A stretch of 64,000 bases of DNA from Minisyncoccia bacterium. Its GTDB lineage: Bacteria > Patescibacteriota > Minisyncoccia > Phycocordibacterales > UBA9973. This document shows, in pieces, positions 30,283 through 40,521 of the stretch. Position 1 is the first letter of the stretch, and each line of letters starts with the position of its first letter. Location of the stretch: contig JBGATK010000001.1 of the NCBI GenBank assembly GCA_044229265.1, positions 35,776 through 99,775 on the forward strand. The letters run 5' to 3'. The position numbers and the translations under genes are program-made. The notes under the pieces were generated by a model. It ran no database searches. It was given only the letters and a program-made list of their open reading frames with translations, and had not been told where the DNA came from.

Positions 30283-30876
30283 ATGTTAATACCAACAGTT
30301 ATAGAAAAATCACAATTTGGCGAAAGGGCGTATGATATATACTCTCGCCTGCTTCGCGAACGCATAGTATTTATGGCAGGACCCATAGACGACAATACTG
30401 CAAATATCGTCATAGCTCAGCTACTCTTCCTCGAGAGCGAAGACCCAAAGAAAGATATTTTCCTTTATATCAATTCCCCAGGTGGCTCTGTCACTAGCAC
30501 TATGGCTATCGTAGACACTATGAACCATATTCGCCCTGATGTTTCGACTGTATGCGTAGGACTCGCTGCTTCGGGTGGAGCTATCATACTCTCTGCAGGT
30601 AAAAAAGGTAAACGCATGATATTGCCAAATGCAGAAGTCATGATTCATCAACCGCTCGGTGGCGCTGAAGGTCAAGCTACAGATATTGCCATCTCTGCAA
30701 AACACATTCTAAAAACTAAAGACAATTTGAATAAACTACTAGCAAAAAATACAGGAAAATCCCTTTCTCAAATAGAAAAGGATGTAGAGAGAGACTTTTT
30801 TATGGATGCAGTTGAAGCCAAAGCTTACGGTATAGTAGATGACCTACTAACTAAGAGCAAAGCTCCAACAAAATAA
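30283..30876 (+). CDS. clpP: ATP-dependent Clp protease proteolytic subunit
   Basis: [28 protein letters not shown]. Confidence 0.97.
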   Translation: MLIPTVIEKSQFGERAYDIYSRLLRERIVFMAGPIDDNTANIVIAQLLFLESEDPKKDIFLYINSPGGSVTSTMAIVDTMNHIRPDVSTVCVGLAASGGAIILSAGKKGKRMILPNAEVMIHQPLGGAEGQATDIAISAKHILKTKDNLNKLLAKNTGKSLSQIEKDVERDFFMDAVEAKAYGIVDDLLTKSKAPTK

Positions 30877-30878
30877 TT

Positions 30879-31616
30879 TTACTTCTTAACGAAACCTTCT
30901 AAAGCTTTTAAAGCTTCTATTGGAACCATATATACTACAGTGTTTGATTGGTCAGAAGACATATCATTTATGGATTGAAGGGTGCGCAAATGCAGTGCAC
31001 CAGGAGTAGCTGCTAGCATTGCGGCAGCTTTTGAAATATTTTCTGAAGCTGCTAGCTCTCCTTCAGAATTTATAATTACAGCCCTCTTCTCACGTTCTGC
31101 TTCTGCTTGTTTACCTATAGTGCGCTCCATTTCAGCTGGAAGACTTACATCTTTGAGTTCTACATTTTGAACTTTTAGACCCCAAGCATCGGTTTCTTTA
31201 TCTACAATTTCTCTTATTCTATCTGCAATTTTATCTCTACTAGAAAGAAGCTCATCCAAAGTCACTTCACCTACGATATTTCGCATAGTGGTTTGTGCGT
31301 ATTGAGAAATTGCATAGCGAAAATCTTCCACTTCTATAATAGCTTTCTGCGCTTCTGAGACTTTGTAGTAGATAACTGCATTTACTCGCACAGAAACATT
31401 ATCCCGAGTAATGGCATTCTGATCTGGCACGTCTACTGCTTTAGTGCGCACATCTACCTTTTGATAACTTTGAATAACTGGAAATACTAGTCTCCACCCT
31501 GGCTCCATCATTCCGGTAAATTTACCCAAAGTAAAACGCACACCTTTTTCGTATTGATTTATTTGACGAATACTTACGAGAACTATAAGTAGAACAAAAA
31601 TTATTACATATATCAT
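30879..31616 (-). CDS. SPFH/stomatin (slipin) family protein
   Basis: ITRDNVSV.V.AV, AQTT.R..VG, QAEAEREKRA. Confidence 0.93.
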   Translation of the reverse strand: MIYVIIFVLLIVLVSIRQINQYEKGVRFTLGKFTGMMEPGWRLVFPVIQSYQKVDVRTKAVDVPDQNAITRDNVSVRVNAVIYYKVSEAQKAIIEVEDFRYAISQYAQTTMRNIVGEVTLDELLSSRDKIADRIREIVDKETDAWGLKVQNVELKDVSLPAEMERTIGKQAEAEREKRAVIINSEGELAASENISKAAAMLAATPGALHLRTLQSINDMSSDQSNTVVYMVPIEALKALEGFVKK

Positions 31617-31640
31617 AAAAAAATAAATAAAACTTAAAAA

Positions 31641-32267
31641 TTAATAAATATATTCTAACACATTATCCAAATCTAAAATACCGAAAATATCTAAAATATG
31701 AGATAAAACCAAGATACTACCTACAATAATACTGATTATATTAATAATACCGATCATTTTATTCCTATTTTTTGGTATTAAATAAAATCCCCACATTGCG
31801 AGAAGTAAAGTTTCTTTATTTTTAAAATCTAAACTAGTTTCCGTGGATACTTCTTTCATCACAGGAAATCCTTTAATTGTTTTAAAACTCATGACAATTT
31901 GATCATTTGAATCTTTCCACGCATATGATGTTGAAAAAATATTTTTTGAAGAAAATTTATAAATTTTGCCATTGTATTCAAGCATAGTACCTTTGGCATC
32001 TTTCTTTGGCAAAATAGTTGCTTTTGATAACAATTTTTTTTCTTTATCAAACAAAGATAAATAGGTGTACTGACTAAGCATTTTGGTTATCTTTTCTTCT
32101 GTAATTTCAAAAATCTCCCCCTGCATTTCTATCTTTGCATTACCAAAAGAAATCACAATAGACCTTGAGTTGGATTTTTGGTAATTTATAGAAGACCACA
32201 CATTATGCCCATCTGAAAACACATATTCATCTTCACCTTTTAGCTTTATTGAGAAATTCATATACAT
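31641..32267 (-). CDS. Hypothetical protein (beta-rich, C-terminal TM)
   Basis: ORF only; beta strands followed by a hydrophobic helix. Confidence 0.5.
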   Translation of the reverse strand: MYMNFSIKLKGEDEYVFSDGHNVWSSINYQKSNSRSIVISFGNAKIEMQGEIFEITEEKITKMLSQYTYLSLFDKEKKLLSKATILPKKDAKGTMLEYNGKIYKFSSKNIFSTSYAWKDSNDQIVMSFKTIKGFPVMKEVSTETSLDFKNKETLLLAMWGFYLIPKNRNKMIGIINIISIIVGSILVLSHILDIFGILDLDNVLEYIY

Positions 32268-32454
32268 ATTATATGCCAGCTAGACACAATATGCTATATT
32301 TGGTATATTAAAGATGTTGAATTTTAGAAATTTTATTGAAATCGGCTTATAGGAATACTCCAATGATATTGAAAGTTTTGAACAAAATTTACTTAGTAAA
32401 ACAGGCAAATAAACTACAAATATAGTGGTTGTTTTTATAAGCTGAAAAAAGCTT

Positions 32455-33984
32455 ATGAGTATATTACAAATAATATTGATCGGGGCAGGCGCTCTTTCTT
32501 TGGGCGTTCTTGTTGGTTATTATTTGCGAAGACTTGTAGCTTTGAGTAAACGCCGAAGTATAGAAATAGACATCAAGCAAATGATGGTCGGCGCTAAAGA
32601 AGAAGCTCAAAGACTATTAGATGAAGCAAAAAATAAATCCGAAGAGAGGCTCCAGAAATTAAAAGAAGAGGAAGAAAAGAAAACCGAAGAATGGCGCACT
32701 AAAGAAGAACGTCTTGCAAAAAAAGACGAGTTCTTGGATGCCCGTCAGTTAGATATCGACAAAGAAGTCGAAAATATTAAAAACAAAGTCGAAGAAATAA
32801 AAAAAATACAGGAAAAAGCGCAAAATATTGAGCTGGAAAAATCACGTGAATTAGAACGTGTATCTCAACTCTCACAAGAAGAAGCAAAAGAAGAACTTTT
32901 GCATGATATCGAGAAAAAATACGAACAAGATTTACTTATTCGTATGCAAAAAATGGAAACAGCTAATGATGAAAAATTAGACAGAAGGGCTAAAGACATC
33001 TTGGCTACTTCTATCCAACGCTTAGCCTCTTCTACCGCTTCAGACCTTATGACAACTTCGGTAAATATTCCGAATAATGACATAAAAGGTAAGATTATCG
33101 GTAAAGAAGGCCGAAATATTCGTGCTTTTGAACGCGCCGCGGGGGTAGAATTAATTGTAGACGATACTCCAGGAACTATTATAATCTCATCTTTCGACCC
33201 AGTACGCAGGCAAGTAGCCCGCCTTGCTCTTGAGAATCTAATTTTAGACGGTCGTATTCAACCAGCTAAAATAGAAGAACTGGTAGAGAAAGCTCGTGAA
33301 GATATAAATAAAATCATTAAGGAAAAAGGTGAACAAGCAGTATACGAATGTGGAATTTATAATTTCGATCCACGCATTGTAGCTATTATCGGTCGCTTAT
33401 ACTTCCGCACTAGTTATGGACAAAATGTTTTGCAACACTCTATCGAGATGGCACATATAGCAGGCATGCTTGCAGAAGAGCTGGGTGCTGATGTGGCTAT
33501 AGCCAAAGCTGGAGCTCTGGTGCACGACATAGGTAAAGCTCTCGACCACGAAGTTCAAGGTACTCACGTAGAGATAGGTATGCGTATTTTGCAAAAATTC
33601 GGAGCAGATGAACGCATAGTAACAGCTATGAAATCTCACCATGAGGATTACCCTTATGAAACTGTCGAATCTGTAATAGTCCAAACCGCAGATGCTATTT
33701 CTGGTGGTAGACCAGGTGCTCGCCGAGATAGTGTTGAAAATTACTTGAAACGCTTAAAAGAATTAGAAACTCTAGTAGCAGGCTTCCCTGCTGTCGAAAA
33801 ATCTTACGCACTATCAGCTGGCCGTGAAATCCGCATCTTTGTAACTCCAGAAAAAATTACAGATGCTGAGTGCAAACTCCTAGCCCGTGAAATAGCCGAA
33901 AAGATAGAGCAAGAGCTAAAATATCCGGGTGAAATCCGCGTAACCATGATCCGCGAAACTAGAATTATCGATTACGCAAGGTAA
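32455..33984 (+). CDS. rny: Ribonuclease Y
   Basis: TM, coiled coil, KH (IIGKEGRNIR), HD (HDIGK), RPGAR. Confidence 0.97.
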   Translation: MSILQIILIGAGALSLGVLVGYYLRRLVALSKRRSIEIDIKQMMVGAKEEAQRLLDEAKNKSEERLQKLKEEEEKKTEEWRTKEERLAKKDEFLDARQLDIDKEVENIKNKVEEIKKIQEKAQNIELEKSRELERVSQLSQEEAKEELLHDIEKKYEQDLLIRMQKMETANDEKLDRRAKDILATSIQRLASSTASDLMTTSVNIPNNDIKGKIIGKEGRNIRAFERAAGVELIVDDTPGTIIISSFDPVRRQVARLALENLILDGRIQPAKIEELVEKAREDINKIIKEKGEQAVYECGIYNFDPRIVAIIGRLYFRTSYGQNVLQHSIEMAHIAGMLAEELGADVAIAKAGALVHDIGKALDHEVQGTHVEIGMRILQKFGADERIVTAMKSHHEDYPYETVESVIVQTADAISGGRPGARRDSVENYLKRLKELETLVAGFPAVEKSYALSAGREIRIFVTPEKITDAECKLLAREIAEKIEQELKYPGEIRVTMIRETRIIDYAR

Positions 33985-34003
33985 AATAATTAAATGAAAA
34001 TAC

Positions 34004-34032
34004 AAAAAGCCACCGAAATGGGTGGCTTTTTG
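34004..34032 (+). terminator. Intrinsic terminator after rny
   Basis: AAAAAGCCACC-gaaatg-GGTGGCTTTTT. Confidence 0.75.
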
Positions 34033-34163
34033 TTTTAAATCAAAAAGTTTTTTGTAATTTTGTCAATGTTTAAAACATTTGCATTAAAAAACCCTTATTA
34101 TATAATGGTTATGTAAAGAAAAGGGTCGAAATATTTTTTAAAAGACTTTATTAAAAACAAAAA

Positions 34164-34436
34164 ATGAATAAACAATCATTAGTTGAGTTAGTTCAAGGGA
34201 AATTAGGAGGCACAAAAGTGCAAGCAGAAGAAGTAGTAGACACTATTTTCGATGGCATCACAGGTGCTATGAAGAAAGGTGGCGAAGTTTCAATCGCTGG
34301 CTTCGGAATCTTCTCTGTAAAGGGTCGTGCGGCTCGTATGGCTCGCAATCCGAAAACTGGTGAGCAAGTAAAAGTTGCTGCTAAAAAAGTTCCGAAATTC
34401 CGCCCTGCGAAAGCTCTAAAGGACGCAGTGGAATAA
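34164..34436 (+). CDS. hup: DNA-binding protein HU
   Basis: MNK..L, GFG.F, R.AR..RNPKTG, PKFRP.K.LKD. Confidence 0.96.
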   Translation: MNKQSLVELVQGKLGGTKVQAEEVVDTIFDGITGAMKKGGEVSIAGFGIFSVKGRAARMARNPKTGEQVKVAAKKVPKFRPAKALKDAVE

Positions 34437-34464
34437 AAAATTGTGCAAACGTTTTCACACTTAC

Positions 34465-34497
34465 AAAAATACCCGCTTTATGCGGGTGTTTTTGTTT
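34465..34497. terminator. Bidirectional terminator between hup and lexA
   Basis: AAAAATACCCGC-tttat-GCGGGTGTTTTT. Confidence 0.7.
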
Positions 34498-35058
34498 TTA
34501 GTATTTTCTAATTACAGCTTTGACTATGCCTACTATCTTCAGATCATACTCAGGGTAAATAGGTTTGTATTTTTTATTAGCAGGTTGTAGCCACATTTTA
34601 GCGCCTTTGATTCGCAAATATTTCATAGTGAACTCGCCATCGATGTTTGCGATCACTATATCCATATCTTTCCCTGTATTTACTTTTTCTACTAATACCA
34701 TGTCGCCTTTTTCTATGTGAGCTTCTATCATAGAATCACCATCGACTTCGAGCATATAAGTATTTTCTTTTTTTGGAGCAAGCATAGCAGTTATGTCCAC
34801 GCGATCAGTTAACTCCGCATCTACATCAGCTGGCAAACCTGCGGTCACATATCCGAGCATCGGAATTTCATTTTGATTTTGATTCGGCACTAGTCTGCCT
34901 AAATGATCTTTCTCTACTGCACCTTCTTCTACTAAATGATTTACTATTTTATAAATAGCATTTTTAGAACGCAAACCAAAAAGCTTCAGCATTTCCGTAT
35001 AGGTGGGCATTCTACTATTGCTATCGTAAAAAGAGTAAATTTTTTTCTTGTAGTCCAT
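34498..35058 (-). CDS. lexA: LexA-family repressor (wHTH plus S24 peptidase)
   Basis: PTY.E....G..S wHTH; V.AG.P cleavage site; GDSM catalytic Ser; T.K catalytic Lys. Confidence 0.85.
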   Translation of the reverse strand: MDYKKKIYSFYDSNSRMPTYTEMLKLFGLRSKNAIYKIVNHLVEEGAVEKDHLGRLVPNQNQNEIPMLGYVTAGLPADVDAELTDRVDITAMLAPKKENTYMLEVDGDSMIEAHIEKGDMVLVEKVNTGKDMDIVIANIDGEFTMKYLRIKGAKMWLQPANKKYKPIYPEYDLKIVGIVKAVIRKY

Positions 35059-35087
35059 TTGTTTTTATTTAATATATTTTACCAAAT

Positions 35088-35282
35088 TTAAAACTGAAAC
35101 ACACTTGGTAAAAATTTAGACAAGAAGCTACGATGAGTGTGATAGCGCAATCTGCGAAGCATGAGCCTGTGGTCATGCGCTTCCCTGCGATAATCCTCAC
35201 CACGCATTATCTTGAAATCGATCTTTTTATTTATCTTTTGTATCTCTTTTTCTAAAATTTTTAGATATTGTTTTTGTGACAT
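35088..35282 (-). CDS. Small basic hypothetical protein, first gene of the lexA operon
   Basis: 64-aa ORF between the promoter/SOS box and lexA. Confidence 0.65.
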   Translation of the reverse strand: MSQKQYLKILEKEIQKINKKIDFKIMRGEDYRREAHDHRLMLRRLRYHTHRSFLSKFLPSVFQF

Positions 35283-35315
35283 ATGTTTATATAAATGTTA
35301 ATTACTAATATCTAT

Positions 35316-35345
35316 ATTATAGATGAACGAGCGTTCACCTGTCAA
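35316..35345 (-). promoter_or_regulatory. Consensus sigma70 promoter with a LexA (GAAC-N4-GTTC) operator in the spacer
   Basis: TTGACA (35345-35340), 18-nt spacer, TATAAT (35321-35316); TGAAC-gagc-GTTCA at 35324-35337. Confidence 0.85.
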
Positions 35346-35363
35346 ACATACCTCTGTGGAAAA

Positions 35364-35393
35364 CCCTGCTTCGCCAAAGCTTCGCAGGGCAGG
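35364..35393 (+). repeat. Family-A hairpin element
   Basis: CCCTGCTTCGCCAAAGCTTCGCAGGGCAGG. Confidence 0.8.
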
Positions 35394-35395
35394 CT

Positions 35396-36940
35396 CTAAG
35401 TATTCAATTTCGGTCTATACTGCAATGCTTCGAGTATGTGATTCTCAGATATATTAGGTACTCCTTCTAAATCCGCAATTGTGCGAGCGAGTTTTATGAC
35501 ACGATGGTAAGCCCTGGCCGAGAGTGCAAACCTCTCTGCAGACTTATCTAAAACATCTCTTACATTTTGAGAAAGGATTGCGAAAGTATCTAAATCTTTG
35601 GCAGACATTTCACTATTGGATTTTATTTTTTTAGAAAAATTTTTAAAACGTTCTTGTTGTATTTTGCGAGCACTCTCTACCCTCTTTTTTATTTCACTAC
35701 TCTTCTCGCCTTCTTCTCCTCCCGAAAGTTTTTTATAATCAACTTGCGATACAGGTACCCACATATCTATACGATCCATTATTGGTCCCGAAAGTTTTCT
35801 TTTATATCTATCGAGATCACTTGGTTTACAAATACAAGCTCGAATTTTTGAATCTAAGTTTCCACAAGGACAAGGGTTCATGGCCGCGACTAAAATAAAA
35901 TTACTTGGAAAAATTGCATTACCTTTTGCACGAGAAATAGAAACTATGTTGTCTTCGAGTGGTTGGCGCAAACTCTCGATAACTCTTTTTTCAAATTCTG
36001 GAAATTCGTCTAGAAAAAGCACTCCGCGGTGTGCCAGTGTAACCTCACCGGGTTTTGGAAAAGTTCCACCACCAATTAGTGAAACGTAAGAAGAGGTATG
36101 GTGTGGGGAGCGAAAGGGTGGATAACAAACTAGCTCACCTTGGTTGGCGCCAACTATAGAATGTATCCCTGTGACTTCTAAAATTTCATCCAGAGATAAA
36201 TTCGGAAGTAATCCTGCGAATGCTCGCGCTAGCATTGTCTTGCCTGTGCCTGGAGGTCCATACATAGCTATGTTATGCCCACCAGCTGCTGCAATTTCAA
36301 GACCTCGTTTTGCACTCTCTTGTCCACGCACTTCAGCAAAGTCTAAATAAATTTTATTTTTATCAAATACAACTTCTATTTTTGGTGCAGGTAATAATTT
36401 TTTGCTATCCATTTTTTCTCTACTCTTTTCTAAATGATCTATAACTTCACGTAAATTTTTAGCGCCAAAAATTTTTATACCACCCACAAGTGATGCTTCG
36501 TAAACATTATCAATAGGTAAAAATATTTCTATGAAACCCACTTCACGTGCTTCAAGCACTATAGGTAAAATTCCTCGCACTGGCCGAAGAGTGCCATCGA
36601 GTCCTAGTTCGCCTATAAATAATTTTCCTTCACTATCAAAATCTATCTCATTGGCTGAGAGTAGAAAACCTAGTGCAATAGCCAAATCAAAAAAAGGTCC
36701 TTCTTTTTTTATATCAGCTGGTGAAAGTGAAACCACGATTTTTTGGTTTAATGATTTTGGAGATTTAAAATCTGAATTCTTGATTGCCGATGAAACACGA
36801 TCCCTTGCTTCGTCTACTGCTTTATCTGGTAAACCCACAACGGAAAACGCATGCAGTCCACGTGACATGTCTACCTCAACAACAACAATATTACCTTTTA
36901 GTAGTGAAACCTGTGCGGAATATACTTTAGCGAATGACAT
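35396..36940 (-). CDS. comM: ComM/YifB Mg-chelatase-like AAA+ ATPase
   Basis: VGLPD.AV.E, GPPGTGKTMLA, PFRSPHH, AHRGVLFLDE, AAMNPCPCG, ARTIADL. Confidence 0.93.
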   Translation of the reverse strand: MSFAKVYSAQVSLLKGNIVVVEVDMSRGLHAFSVVGLPDKAVDEARDRVSSAIKNSDFKSPKSLNQKIVVSLSPADIKKEGPFFDLAIALGFLLSANEIDFDSEGKLFIGELGLDGTLRPVRGILPIVLEAREVGFIEIFLPIDNVYEASLVGGIKIFGAKNLREVIDHLEKSREKMDSKKLLPAPKIEVVFDKNKIYLDFAEVRGQESAKRGLEIAAAGGHNIAMYGPPGTGKTMLARAFAGLLPNLSLDEILEVTGIHSIVGANQGELVCYPPFRSPHHTSSYVSLIGGGTFPKPGEVTLAHRGVLFLDEFPEFEKRVIESLRQPLEDNIVSISRAKGNAIFPSNFILVAAMNPCPCGNLDSKIRACICKPSDLDRYKRKLSGPIMDRIDMWVPVSQVDYKKLSGGEEGEKSSEIKKRVESARKIQQERFKNFSKKIKSNSEMSAKDLDTFAILSQNVRDVLDKSAERFALSARAYHRVIKLARTIADLEGVPNISENHILEALQYRPKLNT

Positions 36941-36949
36941 ATTTTTAAT

Positions 36950-36984
36950 AAAATAAAAACGCCAGTCTGGCGTTTTTATTTATT
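36950..36984. terminator. Intrinsic terminator
   Basis: AAATAAAAACGCCA-gtc-TGGCGTTTTTATTT. Confidence 0.7.
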
Positions 36985-37223
36985 TACATATTTTTTAATT
37001 TTTCTTCTACGTCTTTTAAACGCTCTTCTAATACTGCAAGGACTGAAGATCTAGATTCAAAATCTTCTGCTCTGTCTGCCATATCACTTTCATCAGCTTC
37101 GCCATATTCTTGTGAGAATGGCACAGCATTCCAGCGACCCGTTGCTGGATCCATAACACCGAGACTTTTCATTTCTTCTAAAAGCAAATCGTATTCTTGT
37201 TGTAATTCTTCTTTTTGATTCAT
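36984..37223 (-). CDS. DksA/TraR-like coiled-coil protein without the zinc finger
   Basis: DESDMAD tip motif and LEERLKDVEEKL; ends before the C4 finger. Confidence 0.5.
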   Translation of the reverse strand: MNQKEELQQEYDLLLEEMKSLGVMDPATGRWNAVPFSQEYGEADESDMADRAEDFESRSSVLAVLEERLKDVEEKLKNM

Positions 37224-37260
37224 GCCTAAATAATAACAATTATTAATTTTAATGCAATAT

Positions 37261-38148
37261 CTATTTGCGAATATTAGAGGAAGATTTTCTTTCTATAATC
37301 TCATCTGCTATACCAGCATAATTACTGATGAGCACAGTTGTGTCGTCGAGATAAACATACATGATAACTATAGAGCCAAGATCATCGTAAAGGACGCGTG
37401 CATTTTTATTTTGAATAATTTCATCTTCAAAATCTCTGGTTAACAATTGCTGAGTATTTGGAGAAATTTCATAATTAAAAATCTGTCCTAAATCATAGAG
37501 CATTTTATTTTCCCAATTACGCATCGTAGTAAAAGCATCATTCATACTTTTTACTTTAAAAACAAAAAATGGGTGATTACCTTTATTACTAAAAACTCCA
37601 TACATAAAATCAGAGCTAAAAATATTCCCTTCTGGTAGAGATATATTTGCCTCAGTAATTTGCAAAAATCTAGCAAGAGAAAGTTGTTTCTTATTTTCGA
37701 CAAGATTAAAAGCTTGAATTTGCCCTTCTGGTAAGACAACTTTTTCTGACTCATCAGCTATGATTTTTAAAGATTTTGTTTTGTTTAAACCTGCAATTTC
37801 GATACTATCCAATTTATCAACTAAAAACATATTTTTTGCATCTTGAACAAATTGATTTTCCCCGCTATTATTTTTTACTGCTATAAAAAAAATAAAATAA
37901 TAAAGAAGTCCTACAGAAAGTATAAGTGCAACAAAACCAAAAATCATATACAGTTGATTTACACTGTAGCCAATTTTCATATGTTCTTTTTCATTCTCTC
38001 TACCTTCTTCAGCATCGATAATAGCGCGAATAGTTCCTGGTGTTCCAGCCTCAGCCTCATGAGCTATGTCATTACTCAAAGTATGCACGCCTTTGCGTGG
38101 CACTTCGAGTGTATCGTTATTTTTATTTTGATTAGAATTAATTTCCAT
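37261..38148 (-). CDS. Hypothetical single-TM membrane protein
   Basis: Likely start MEINS at 38148, overlapping the pnp stop; TM; M..WE..M..DL and D..I.N..AR motifs. Confidence 0.65.
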   Translation of the reverse strand: MEINSNQNKNNDTLEVPRKGVHTLSNDIAHEAEAGTPGTIRAIIDAEEGRENEKEHMKIGYSVNQLYMIFGFVALILSVGLLYYFIFFIAVKNNSGENQFVQDAKNMFLVDKLDSIEIAGLNKTKSLKIIADESEKVVLPEGQIQAFNLVENKKQLSLARFLQITEANISLPEGNIFSSDFMYGVFSNKGNHPFFVFKVKSMNDAFTTMRNWENKMLYDLGQIFNYEISPNTQQLLTRDFEDEIIQNKNARVLYDDLGSIVIMYVYLDDTTVLISNYAGIADEIIERKSSSNIRK

Positions 38149-40267
38149 TTTTATCAGGTGCAAAAAAGTTTTTGTCTGCTTCTTTGATTGAAAGTCCAAC
38201 TTTACCTCTTTCTTTGTCTACAGAAATAACTTTCACTGGGACTATCATACCTGCTTTTATTATACTATCTACTCGTTCAACACGGAAAGGTGCTATCTCA
38301 GATACATGCACCATACCATCAGTAAAATCATTGAGTTTTACAAAAGCTCCAAATTCTGCGATGCGAACAACTTCTCCTTTTAACATTTCACCTACTTCAA
38401 ATTCGTGAGTCATTTCTTCGACTATGGCTTTAGCTTTTCCGGCAGATCCACCCTTGCCAGTAAAATACACTGTGCCGTCTTCATCGATATCTATGTCCGC
38501 ACCGGAGCGTTCTTTTATTTCTTTAATAGTTTTACCACCAGAACCTATGACCATACCTATCTTGTCTGGATTTATTTTTGTAATTAAAATTTCTGGTGCA
38601 TTTGGCGAAATATTTGGCCTGTGAGTAGGTATTTCTTTTGTAATAGTTTCGAGGATTGTGTGTCTTGCTTTCTTACCAGCCTCAAGAGCTTCTGCAAGAA
38701 TTTTTATCGGCACACCATCTACCTTTACGTCGAGTTGTATTGCTGTAACTCCTTCCTTTGTTCCTGCAACTTTGAAATCCATATCACCATGATGGTCTTC
38801 AGGGCCTTGGATGTCAGTGAGGACTTTGTACGCGTTATCATTTTCATACATCAGCCCCATCGCAATTCCAGCCACAGGATTTTTTATTGGCACACCGCCG
38901 TCCATGAGGGCAAGAGTTGATGCACAAATACTTGCCTGTGAAGTCGAACCATTGGAAGCCATACTTTCAGAAACAATACGGACAGTATATGGGAATTCTT
39001 CTTTACTTGGTAGAACCATAAGTAATGCTTTTTCTGCGAGTGCTCCGTGCCCCACTTCACGACGATTTGTGAATCCTGATCTTCCCGGTTCGCCAGCAGA
39101 AAATGGAGGAAAGTTATAGTGATGCATAAACCTACGAGAAGACGTAACGTCCATACCATTTACTTCTTGTTTATCACCAGGACCTCCGAGAGTGAGTGCC
39201 GAGAGCACATGTGTTCCACCTCTGTAAAAAATACCAGATCCGTGAAGTATAGAGGAAAGTCCTCCGGCTTGCGCATACAGCTCGCGAACTTCGTCCATAG
39301 CTCTACCGTCTGCTCTTTTATTTTCTTTGATAGCTTTCTCGTGCAAAATATTGTTTTCTGTTTCATCAAATAGATTTTCTTCAGGAGCAAAGCTATCACG
39401 GTCGCTATTTGCATATTTTTCTTTAAATAATTTTTTCCATTCATCATGCAATGCTTCTATTTTTACTTTTCCAGCACCTGCAAAAATCGCTTCTTCCATT
39501 TTTGGCAAAATATTTTCATTAAAAAGCGCTGCAGACTCAGCTGAAATCTCTTCATGCTCTATTACCCTTTTTATTTTGCCTATTTCAGCAACGATTTTCT
39601 TTTGAAATTCTTCGAGTTTTGTAATTTCAGCACTTGCGAGCTCAAGCGCCTGCACTAATTCAGCTTCAGGTACTTGCCGAGCTGCCGCTTCGATCATATT
39701 TATGGTTCCAGCGCGTCCGCACACAGTCAGGTCGTACTGATACGGGTATTCTTCGGCGCGCAGTGTCATACCAGCATTGATTTGCATATTTTGACCATCG
39801 TATTTCCCAACTCTCACACAACCAATAGGTCCAGCCCAAGGAATATCAGATACTGCAAGGGCGAGGGACGCTGCATTTACTGCAAGCATTGCTGTATCAT
39901 TATCATCACAAGCGAGCACAGTAGTTATTACTTGCACGGCATGACGAATTCTTTGATCAAAAAGTGGGCGAATTGTTCGGTCTATAACTCGACTAGCTAG
40001 TATAGCTTCAGTAGAAGGTTTACCTTCACGGCGCACATATTGTGAACCCAAGATTTTACCTGAAGCATAAAACTTCTCCGCATAATCTACAGTTAAATTA
40101 AAAAAACCGAGTCCTGCTTGAGGCTCTTTGCTCATACAAGCAGTAGCGAGCACGATACTCTCGCCATATTTAAGCATTACCGAACCATGAGCTTGGTCTG
40201 TCAAATCACTAAAAATAGCAGTAAGCATCTTGCCCCCTATCTCTACACTAAATTCTTTTTTATTCAT
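38138..40267 (-). CDS. pnp: Polyribonucleotide nucleotidyltransferase
   Basis: IDR.IRPLF, RRE.GHG.LA, SNGS.S.AS, GDMDFKVAGT, KH and S1 domains. Confidence 0.98.
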   Translation of the reverse strand: MNKKEFSVEIGGKMLTAIFSDLTDQAHGSVMLKYGESIVLATACMSKEPQAGLGFFNLTVDYAEKFYASGKILGSQYVRREGKPSTEAILASRVIDRTIRPLFDQRIRHAVQVITTVLACDDNDTAMLAVNAASLALAVSDIPWAGPIGCVRVGKYDGQNMQINAGMTLRAEEYPYQYDLTVCGRAGTINMIEAAARQVPEAELVQALELASAEITKLEEFQKKIVAEIGKIKRVIEHEEISAESAALFNENILPKMEEAIFAGAGKVKIEALHDEWKKLFKEKYANSDRDSFAPEENLFDETENNILHEKAIKENKRADGRAMDEVRELYAQAGGLSSILHGSGIFYRGGTHVLSALTLGGPGDKQEVNGMDVTSSRRFMHHYNFPPFSAGEPGRSGFTNRREVGHGALAEKALLMVLPSKEEFPYTVRIVSESMASNGSTSQASICASTLALMDGGVPIKNPVAGIAMGLMYENDNAYKVLTDIQGPEDHHGDMDFKVAGTKEGVTAIQLDVKVDGVPIKILAEALEAGKKARHTILETITKEIPTHRPNISPNAPEILITKINPDKIGMVIGSGGKTIKEIKERSGADIDIDEDGTVYFTGKGGSAGKAKAIVEEMTHEFEVGEMLKGEVVRIAEFGAFVKLNDFTDGMVHVSEIAPFRVERVDSIIKAGMIVPVKVISVDKERGKVGLSIKEADKNFFAPDKNGN

Positions 40268-40274
40268 ATTTTTT

Positions 40275-40405
40275 CTTGCCCCGACCTTGCGTCGGGGTTG
40301 TGTCCATACCCGGTATGGACATTAGTTCGTGGACAGACTGGAGTATTGTTTCATACATATATATATGTACAAACACTACTATGTGTCTACCCGCGAACCG
40401 ATTAA
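40275..40405 (-). promoter_or_regulatory. Structured pnp 5' leader (three hairpins)
   Basis: CCCCGAC-cttgc-GTCGGGG; TGTCCATACC-c-GGTATGGACA; long imperfect stem GTTCGTGG...TACATATATATATGTA...CCGCGAAC. Confidence 0.6.
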
Positions 40406-40521
40406 CTTGTAAAATATCTCAATACTCTTGAAATATGTTTTTATACTAGCATTTTGAAGATTTAAAATCAAAAAAAACCTCATACAAATACGAGGTCTTT
40501 CTATAATGACTAATAATGAAT

